A stretch of 59,117 nt of DNA, counting the filler, from Catajapyx aquilonaris (Eukaryota): NCBI GenBank assembly GCA_000934665.2. It is 3 parts of 3 records of this genome, joined end to end, with 100 filler letters (N's around TTAATTAATTAA, not from the genome) between each part and the next. Parts side by side here need not be neighbours in the genome. Positions count along the whole stretch, not along the records: positions 19,725 to 39,373 come from JYFJ02006413.1; 2 more parts are not named here. One strand, written 5' to 3'. Below the pieces are notes generated by a model. It was not told the origin of the DNA and made no database searches. It saw only the letters and a list, made by a program, of their open reading frames with translations. Positions 24,880 to 34,380 of the stretch are shown in pieces. The translations under genes were made by a program, and so were the position numbers. The first letter of the stretch is position 1. Each line of letters opens with the position of its first letter.

Positions 24880-25226
24880 GTCTTGACTAAGGTCTGGGGA
24901 CGGAAGTCTGTGGTTTTACTGTAGCTGTGGGGACCAGTTCCAATTGTGGGGACATTTGTCGGTCCCCACAGTCTCACACACGCGAAGTGTACCATTACAG
25001 TGGGGACATGTGTAAATTAGTGGGGACATGTCCCCACTATTTTCATTTGTAGGGTTTCACAAAAGTCCATTTTTCTCAGCCTAGGTTACTTAGGGTAGGG
25101 TAGGTTAGGTAGGTTAGGTTAGGTTAGGTTAGGTTAGGTTAGGTTAGATCAGTTTAGATCAGTATAGATCAGTTTACACTCGCAGTGAAAAGTGATCAAT
25201 GTCCGTCCCCACGCCTTAGTCAAGAC
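24880..25226. mobile_element. TIR MITE (MuDR-like) carrying internal (TTAGG)n
   Basis: GTCTTGACTAAGG..GGGGACGGA / TCCGTCCCCACGCCTTAGTCAAGAC termini; TTAGG tract at about 25081-25147; GTGGGGAC repeats. Confidence 0.7.
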
Positions 25227-26081
25227 AAGAGAAAATGTGTTTGCATGTGTTTGTACTTATACTATTTGTCTGGTTTGGAATTCAAATGTTCAATAAATGT
25301 TTTGTAATATCAGTAATAAAACATACAACATTTTGACCTAGCTCGTTTCCCATATCATTTTTCAGTGGCCAAAGGTAAGCATTCTTGCGCCATTCATTTG
25401 AGTCTTGAACTAAGTAGATTCGGTCGTGAATTTCCAGCACTCCTTCCACCAGCAGCAGCGCTCCTTCCACCAGCCTCTAGAAATTCAGTAGTGTTGTTTG
25501 CAGTCGTGCAGATACCTGAACTCGATTTTGCCATTGCATTGCGAAGATTTCTGCGACAACACAAAGGTGGACGTCTGCTGCCTTCGTGAATGAAATTTAA
25601 TACAGTTAGTTCCTTAATATTTAATGCAGTTAGTTCCTTAATATGATTCCTAATGCCAGCAGGTTGGAGCATTCCGAGTTTCGCTCAAAACGCCGGGTTC
25701 CTACTGTTATTAATAATTATCGTTTCCGAGTAGTACATGGTATTTCAAGCGAAGCAAAGTCAATTCCATGAGAAATGGGCCAGGGTGGTTGCTCGACCAT
25801 CTAGTTATTTTTTTAAAAAAAACAAAAAATCACCATATAGGTAGTCTTGATATTGACTAGGTCAAAATTATTTTTGTACATTTTTTATCTGCCACCATGT
25901 TGGAATTATACTCATTTTTCTTCACCGCGGCGAGCAAAAACGACAAACGAGCTTTTGCAATGCATGGTTCTGGGGGGNGGGGGCGGAAAGGCTACTGTTT
26001 GGTGTCTATTCAAGATATAGAAATTTCTGACTTTCACCTCCTAAAGGTAGAGAGATCTTTCAGAATAATGCCTGTAATTCT

Positions 26082-26139
26082 TCATTACTTTCATTTTTTT
26101 ACGACACAGGTGCAGCGAACTACAGGAAATCTACCTAAG
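26082..26139 (+). pseudogene. Orphan intron-3/exon-4 junction fragment of a deleted F-box/LRR copy
   Basis: TCATTACTTTCATTTTTTTACGACACAG|GTGCAGCGAACTACAGGAAATCTACCTAAG matches the exon-4 acceptor region of the four copies. Confidence 0.8.
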
Positions 26140-26319
26140 CAACTTCATGTCGTCTTCCCGCGTCTTCCCTAATTATACTGGGACTCCCCTCTTTCTAGCC
26201 CACACTATGCGTACAAATCTCACCGTCGTTTCCAGCCTGTCTGACACCCTGCTGAAGCTCTAATTCGGGCCACAAATTATTAATTATCGCATTTTAATTT
26301 CCTGGATCGACCAAGGTCA

Positions 26320-26331
26320 GCCGCCATCTTG
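26320..26331. promoter_or_regulatory. YY1/Pho-type promoter motif upstream of F-box copy 2 (also 30611-30622 and 33945-33956)
   Basis: GCCGCCATCTTG (CAAGATGGCGGC on the minus strand) lies in the conserved block preceding exon 1 of copies 2, 3 and 4. Confidence 0.5.
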
Positions 26332-26773
26332 GGTGCGTTCCCACCGTCGCTTTATGTCTGTTCGTATTCGGACACAACCGCGATGACATCACTCTAAATC
26401 CGGATGCAGCCGATAATAAATCATTATATTATTGCTAATGAAGTTAATGAACACTTAATTTTATACAATGTACCAAAAATGCAGATTGCACTATTTATCT
26501 GGTTTAATTATCGGTTCGAATGGTCGTGGGAATAATTTGGCACACCATTTGGCAACACGCGAATCCAAAGATGACCGCCGACAATGGAAAGCTTCGAATA
26601 TTGTTTCCCTTTATTTGTTGAGCTTCGGGTTGATTGTTGCGACGGGTTAGACGCCTTCCGATTGTTGGAGGGGGTTCCCGCAGGATTGGAGAGGGTCCGG
26701 AGCAGGATTGGGGAAGGGACGGAGGAAGGAAGGAAGGAAGGAAGGAAGGACGCTGGGGAAGCAGAGGGTGGTG

Positions 26774-29322
26774 ATGGAGACCATGGGGGAGGCTGAGGAG
26801 GACACCGTGGATGAGACGAGGGCCACGAAGAGGAAGAGGGTGGACACGGGCAGGGGGATGGACGAAGAAGAGGAGAAGCCAGGGAGGAAGGTGAAAAATA
26901 AAGTGTTGGTGCAATCTGTATGGCTTCGGAGTGACCGCACCAGTGCTGCTCAACTTCTGGCCATGCCAGGCACGGTACATCGCATTGCGTGAGGATTTTA
27001 ATTAGTCGGAAGCGTACTGTGCCTACGGTAGTTACACTCAACTGGGCAATTACAGTAGTTACCGTGGCATATCCAGGAAATTTAAAAAGAAACCTGTAAT
27101 TTTTGTGTGGGACTAAACAGCACCTGTATCGTAGTGCAGATGCAGTTATGAGAATATCATTGCATTTTTTGCACTAAGCTGCCATTTTTTGCACGGTTCA
27201 TGTGAAGATCTCAGCTCACCAAAAACACACTTTTAAAAAACGGGCCAAGTGTGTATATTCCTCTGGCGAAAAAAGGTGTGAGATCAGGGGAGGACGCCAA
27301 GGCTTTCTTCGGCACTTAAGAGACTGGTTTGGTTACTTTGCCTGGCCTTCAACGTTGTCTGATCAGGCATGGATGGAAAAGCTTTCTTCTAGAACCGTAC
27401 ACTAAATTAAGTGACTTGGCCATGGGGCACGAAGAACGAGAGGCGGTTTGAAGGTAGCCTTTTTCTATTCGTCACTTATGGTGGCGATCTCCAATCCTCG
27501 TCATGATAAGTTTACATTCGATTTGCAGGTGTAATGGTAGGTTACACTGGCTGAGGGGAAGTTATTACTGGCCGGTAAGTTGTTGAAAATAGGGAAAGCG
27601 TTGTTTGAAAACAGTGGTTTCTGTGGTTTTGAAGGACTTAACCGGCCAGGGAAAACCACGACCTTTGGAGAGAGCAAGCAGTCGTTTCCTGGCTCTCTCG
27701 AAAGGCTGTGGGGACAACTTCTTACAAGCTGATGCAAGAGTAAACATACCTGGGCAACGCCGGGTAACCTGCTAGCATGTCTAATATTATCAGCCAATCT
27801 TTTTTCCTCGATCTACCTTGTTAACTTTAACATGACTATATGATTATGTGTGCTTCTTACAGTTGCGATCTTCGGATTTCGTTTCAGATTGCTGGTGGGT
27901 TGGGTGTCTCGGAGGTGCAGGGGAAGACACTGGGAAAATCAGCAGCTGAGGCCAAGATTCGTGACAAGAAGGAATCTCGCATGACAAATGGAGGCAGCAA
28001 CCAGCAACATTGCCAAGGAGAAGCAACGGTGAGTGGGGAGGCTAATTACCTTGGTAACTGGGAGGCTCGCAAATGCTTGCACTTGACATGATATTTGTTT
28101 ACATATACAGTACTTGTTTGTACACTTAACCAATTTCTGCAATTGTAGGCCAGCGCCAAGACCTTTTCCAGCCTGCCTGACGAGATAAAGGCAAAGGTGT
28201 TCTCGTACCTGGACTGGAAATCCCTCCGCATGAGGACCTTGGTGTGCAAGGATTGGTTGAGGGTGGCCAAGGAGTGGATGGGTCTTGGGAAGAAAGTAAT
28301 TTTGAACCGAAAGCTATTGACTCTGGAGGAATCGGTGGGTGTGATCATGAACAACAAGACACATCTGACGTCGGTTACTCTGATGCACTGGAATGGAGAG
28401 AGGCATGATTCGTTGTTGAAAGTAGTAGCCCAGAGTCTTCCTCACCTGAAGCGTCTCAGTGTTTCTAATATGTTGGTGCCACAGAATATGCTGGAACTGA
28501 TTGCACGAGAGTAAGTAAAGGAGGATCAATATGGTGCGTTAGGTGTCATTCAGCTCATTACTTTCATTTTTACTACACAGGTGCAGCGAACTACAGGACG
28601 TATCCCTAAGGAGTTTCAGCTGGAATGGGGATTACTGCAGGCATCCCCTGGACATTTTGAGTTCCTGCCGAGAGCTAGAAAAGATAACCATAGGGGGTCG
28701 ACGTTTCCCTCCGCCTTCAAACAAGCCCACCGGGCGAGACTGGCCGAAACTCACCGACGTGTCGCTTCTCATGGACTACGCTGGCTGGGAAGTGGAAGTG
28801 CTCAGCTGTACTCTGGGGGGCCAGCTGAGGAAACTGACAGTTGTATCCTTCCATAATTCCCAGTCTTACCTTCTCCTCTCACACTTCCCTCAGCTGGAGG
28901 ACCTGGAGATCCGATCCTGCGAGAACCTAACTGATGCTGGCCTGGAGGACGGGATTGGGAAACTGCACAACCTCCGTAGCTTGACCCTGGTAGAGCTCGA
29001 CTCCTGCACTGCACAAGGGTTACAAAGGTTTTTCTCCAAGCCCAACGTTGTGGATAGCCTGGAGAAACTCAGCCTTTCTTATTGCTCAACTCTTGACGAC
29101 AGTTGCATATCAGCCATTGCCATGAACTGTCCGCTCCTGACTCATTTCTGCCTGTCTCATAACGACAAGGTCACCAACGCCTCGCTCCTTGACCTGGTGA
29201 GGAGGTGCCGCAATCTCCAGCACCTCCATTTCTACAGGTGCAGGAAGCTGGACCGGAGCCCAGAGGTCCGGGATGAGATCCAGGCGACGAACAGCAAGCT
29301 TCAAGATTATGTACTTTTTTGA
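26774..29322 (+). CDS. F-box/LRR-repeat protein (FBXL-like), copy 2, about 453 aa
   Basis: Exons 26774-26890 (METMGEAEED..TKRKRVD..PGRK; weak GTGAAA donor, alternative donor near 26974), 27888-28028, 28149-28510, 28581-29322, all in frame. F-box SLPDEIKAKVFSYLD; LRRs. Confidence 0.88.
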
Positions 29323-30016
29323 TTCAACCTCATTGATGCTTCACTCACAGTTACAACGTCACATCCTAAGAGTTTCATGTTGAAAGAAAAAAGTACAACC
29401 ATTATGATGGATGTAATGAGTTTGCTCTTGAAGTGAAACTCATTATCTGTATGAAATGTAAGAGTGGTTGAGTTTTTATAAGATAATCTTAAGGTTAACA
29501 GTTGTCGCTAATCTACTTTTTGAAACAATCAGTTTTCATGGCCAGTATTAATTTATTTTATTGTACTTTTTCAACATAGTGTTTATCACTTTCGTTCAAC
29601 TTATGCCGGATTGCAGTGCCTTATTCAATTGACAATCACTGCCATACTACGTGGTGTCTGAATCCACATGTTGAATGACCACCGATAGTTTGTCACAAAT
29701 GCGCATTTGGCTGTTTTGAAAATGTACGCCTGGAATTGAAATTAAAGTCAATGAGCGATAAGGATTAAAAATGATTAATATGCAGCCAGTTCCCATTCGT
29801 ATATGTAGATAGATTCTTTATTTCTATCGTACAGAGTACATAGAAAGACACCACCCTCCTCTACCATTACCATTTTTACACACTACAATACAATGTTACA
29901 CAACTGCAGCTTTTGAACTGCCATAAAAAAAACTTGTATAAAGAAAACATCATTTGTGGGGGGATATCCAAATACAACAAGTGGATTTTGTCGATCGGTA
30001 CTCTCCTAAACTCTCG

Positions 30017-30395
30017 TATGGTACGCAATGACGGCCAATGTCCCTACCACAGTCAGGAGGTGCAGCATCTCCTCCCGGAGGACTATCCAGCGAGAGTTGC
30101 CTCCGCCCAGTGGTTCCTGCGGCAGACGATGGCTGCCCCAGGTTTCCCAACCACCGTCATGTTCAGCGACGAGGCATGTCTGACTCAAGATGGCCCTTCC
30201 CAGGCAGGTGGATAGGCCATGGGGGGGGCCAGTGGCCTGGCCTGCGAGATCCCCTGATCTCACTCCCCTGGACTTCTGCTTTTGGGGATGGTTCGAGGAC
30301 CTCGTGTGTGCCATACCAGTGGAATCGGAGACGGAGTTGGCAGCCCGAATCCATGGCGCCGCGCAACATATCCGGAGTACCCCCGGGGTGTTCCC
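30017..30395 (+). pseudogene. Tc1/mariner-like transposase remnant
   Basis: VMFSDEACLT, RWIG, GPVAWPARSPDLTPLDFCFWGW, PVESETELAARI; internally deleted and frameshifted. Confidence 0.85.
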
Positions 30396-30706
30396 GGGAA
30401 TCTCTTGTGCAGCATCTCTTGTAATGAGTATGTATGATAAATGGGTACATATGTGATTAATGTTGTGCTTCCCTAACTACTGAGAATGTAACTCCTATGA
30501 TGCTTCCCGTATATTAACCCAGTGTCCCGACCGTCAAACGCCCTGGAGGAGCTCTAATTAGTGCAAGAAATTAATTATCGCATGTAATTTCACGGTTAAC
30601 TAGAGGGTCAGCCGCCATCTTGGGCGCGTTCCGACTGGCTTGATTGTTGGAGGCCTCCGGGTCCAGGGGTATAGGGATTGGGAGACTGGAAGGAAGAAGA
30701 GGGACG

Positions 30707-32257
30707 ATGGAGACTGGAAGGACGAAGAGACTGAACATGCGGAGGGAGGCAGAGGAGAAGGGTTGGGGCACTGAGGAGACAATGGCCATGAAGAGGAAGA
30801 TGGTGGACATGGGCAGGGGGGTGGAGGAAGAAGAGGAGCCACGGGGGAAGGTGAAAAATAAAATAGAATAAAAATGCTGGTGTCATCTGTATGGCTTTTG
30901 GGGTGACCGCACCAGTCATGACCATCAGTCAACATATTGCATGGAACTATTGCACTGATTTTTTCCTGTGCGATACGTGCTTATTCTTGTGGTTGCAACC
31001 CTATATTATTACACTGCCTTCGCTTCAGATTGCTGGTGGGTTGGGTGTCTCGGAGGTGCAGGGGAAGACAGCGGGAGAAGCTGCGGCCGAGTCCAAGTTG
31101 CCTGACAAGTTGCCAGCCTGCCTGATGAGATGAAGGCAAAGGTGTTCTCGTACCTGGACTGGGGATCCCTCTACAGGAGCACCCTGGTGAGCAAGGATTG
31201 GTGCAGGGTGGCCAGGGAGTGGATGGGTGTTAGAAGGAATATGACTTTGGACGGCAAGCACTTCACTCTGGAGGAATCTGTGGTTACGATCGCTAGCAAC
31301 AAGACCCATCTGAAGTCTATTAACTTGTGGCATTGGGATGGGGAGGAGGCTAATTCACTGCTGCAAGTAGTAGGCGAGAGTCTTCCTCACCTGAAACATT
31401 TCGGTGTTTTAAGGATGTTTGTGTCACAGAATATGCTGGAACTGATTGCACGAGAGTAAGTAAAGGATATGGTGCGTCAAGTGTCATTCGTCAGTTCATT
31501 ACTTTTATTTTTATGACACAGGTGCAGCGAACTACAGGACATATCCCTAAGGATGTTCAGCTGGAACGGGGATTACTGGAGGCATCCCCTGGACATTTTG
31601 AGTTCCTGCCGAGAGCTAGAAAAGATAACCATAGGTGATCTATGTTTCCCTCTGCCATCGAACAAGGTCACCGGGCGAGACTGCCCGAAACTCACCGAAG
31701 TGTCCCTTCTCATGGACAATGCTGACAGGGACGTGGAAGTGCTCAGCTGTACTCTGGGGGGCCAGCTGAGGAAACTGACTATTGGATTCTTCCATTCTCC
31801 GGAGTCCTACCTCCTCCTCGCACACTTCCCTCAGCTGGAGGAGCTGGATTTGCAATACTGCCACAACTTAACTGATGCTGGCCTGGAAGACGGGATTGGG
31901 AAACTGCACAACCTTCGTAGCTTGACCCTGGCAACCTTCCTCTCCTGCACTGTACAAGGTTTGCGGAGGTTTTTCTCCAACCCGAACATTATGTGTAGCC
32001 TGGAGAAGCTCACCCTTTGTGATTCCTCAACTCTTGACGACAGTTGCATATCAGCCATTGCCGTGAACTGTCCGCTCCTTACTCATTTCCACTTGGTGAG
32101 AAACAACCAGGTCACCAATGCCCCGCTCCTTGACCTGGTGAGGAGGTGCCGCCATCTCCAGCGCCTCAACTCGTGCAGGAAGCTGGACCTGAGCGCAGAG
32201 GCCCTGGGTCAGTTCCGAGCAGCCAGCACCAACCTCCAAATTTCTGCATATCCCTGA
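30707..32257 (+). pseudogene. F-box/LRR copy 3; frameshifted at a fused exon 2/3 junction, downstream ORF intact
   Basis: Exon 1 30707-30850; exon 2 from 31029 is fused to exon 3 by deletion of intron 2, giving a stop at 31131-33. Open frame from ATG 31130 through 31455, then exon 4 31522-32257. Confidence 0.75.
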
Positions 32258-34380
32258 TTCCACCTGACTGGCGCATCACTCACAGTTACAAGGTCACATC
32301 CTAAGAGTTTCATGGTGGATGTAATGAGTTTGCTCTTGAAGTGAAACTCATTATCTGTAGAAATTTGAAATGTGTAAGGATGGTTGAGTTTTTACGAGAT
32401 AATCTTAAGGTTAAGAGTTGCAATGCATTTAGTGGGACTTCTGTGCCTTACTTAATGACAATCATTGCAATAACTATCTGAATACACATGTTAAAGGACC
32501 TGCACTCCCGAATGTCCAGTACTATCGTCTGTATTTTATACCGACTTTTTAATACCATATGTATTGAATTGAAATTAAACTTGACTCGACAGTAACCGAG
32601 TTTTTACATCATGTAATGAGCATGTCCAGCACGAATCGGATTCAAATGTAAATCTCTTTATTGAACGATCTAGCCAGAACAAATTTACATAGCCCTTCAA
32701 ATGCTGACAGGATTTTCTCTGTTATTTTTAAATTTTTTTTGTCATTTACATCAAATTTTATGAAAGAATCTCTACGGAAATTTTGATCTGAAAAGATGAG
32801 CAACTTGGTTGTAGGCAGTGTCATTGTTCTGGAAGGTGTTTGCGAGATTGATGAAACTTGAAGCATTTTTTCCAAAGATGTGTAATGTGGACGTACAGAG
32901 AAGTGGTCCAGCACATGCAGTCGTAATAATAATACATGAATTTTTCCTCCTTGGGTCATGTTAAGACGTTAAGTCACTAATGATATGAACAGAAAAATCA
33001 TGAAATATACATTTTAACCTAATGAAATTTTTGACATTACTCTGTTTAGGTCATGGCGCATGTTAGAGGTGACAAAATGAAGGCCATTCAAATTTCCCTT
33101 TTGGAATGGTATGTGCAGACGTGCCTGGGTGATTGGAAGAGTAAGATTGGGTAAGGACTGTGAATTGTTGATGTGTGATGCTGTAACTTCTGCGTTTGTC
33201 TCGGTCTGGTGTGTGACAGATGGTCGATATTATTAGCCTGTAACTCATAGGAGCACTTCATGGTCTGTGATGCATCACCATTCAGCAGTTATATTACCGG
33301 CGTTGTTATGTGTAGACGACTTGCAAACTGATGATAAAAATTATAATCATGACTTGTTTATTGTACCTTTATTTCTCATGCCTTTTTGTGCCGTACCGTG
33401 CTGTACATGCTTCTGGGTGTTAAATGGGAATGTAAGATATGACTGGATTGAATTAATTTGCTAATTATGAGACCCACGTAACAAGGTGATGTACAAAAAA
33501 ATTCCCATGACAATCACTGCGATAAGGCATGGTATGTATCTGAATCCACTGATACGCTGAATGTATAGTACATCATCATCACCATCATCACGACATTTCC
33601 CTATGAGGGGTCAGCGATGAAGGGAGACTGTATTGATACCATGTGCTCCACTATGCTCAACTGATATTAAACTGACGCACACACGTAACAGTGTTTTTTT
33701 CTTCATCATGTAATGACTAAAGTAGTAAAGAGCATACGTACAGTACAGCACAGTAATTGGCTGGTAAGTGAATAGTCATGCGCCTCCCTAATACGACTGA
33801 GACTGCTCCTTTGCAACTCCTATTATCCTTACCAAATATTTAACTGAGTGTCCCGACCGTCAGACGCCCTGGAGGGAGCTCTAATTAGGGCCAGACAATT
33901 ATTAAATTATCGCAAATAATTTCCCGGATAATACCACAAGCTTAGCCGCCATCTTGGGTGCGTTCCGACCGTCGCTTCCGGTCCTCATATTCAGACGCAA
34001 CCCCTGGGCGCGTCACGCCAAATCCGGACTCAACCCACATTTCTGTCTATTGCACTAATAAACAAGTGTTAATTTATATAATATGCCACATGCAATTAGT
34101 ATTATGCATCGTGTGCGATTGCATTGTTTGTCAGGTTTAACTGGCTCCTTTGGTTCGAATCGGGGGGAAATCTGGCAACAGGTGGTTGATCAAATCCAAG
34201 ATGGCCGCCGACAATGGAACGCTTCGAATATTGTTTCCCTTTTTTCGTTGAGCTTCGGGTTGATTGTTGCGACGCGTTAGACGCCTTCCGATTGTTGGAG
34301 AGGGTCCCGCAGGATTGGAGAGGGTCCGGAGCAGGATTGGGGAAGGAAGGAAGGAAGGACACTGGGGAAGCAGGGTGGTG

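Noticed and set aside
33570..33625. Shared motif (CAT)n-GACATTTCCCTAT-GTCAGCGATGAAGG, also at about 47210-47268, as a possible ncRNA
   Set aside because: Best explained as the minus-strand 3' tail of a non-LTR retroelement ending in (GAT)n.
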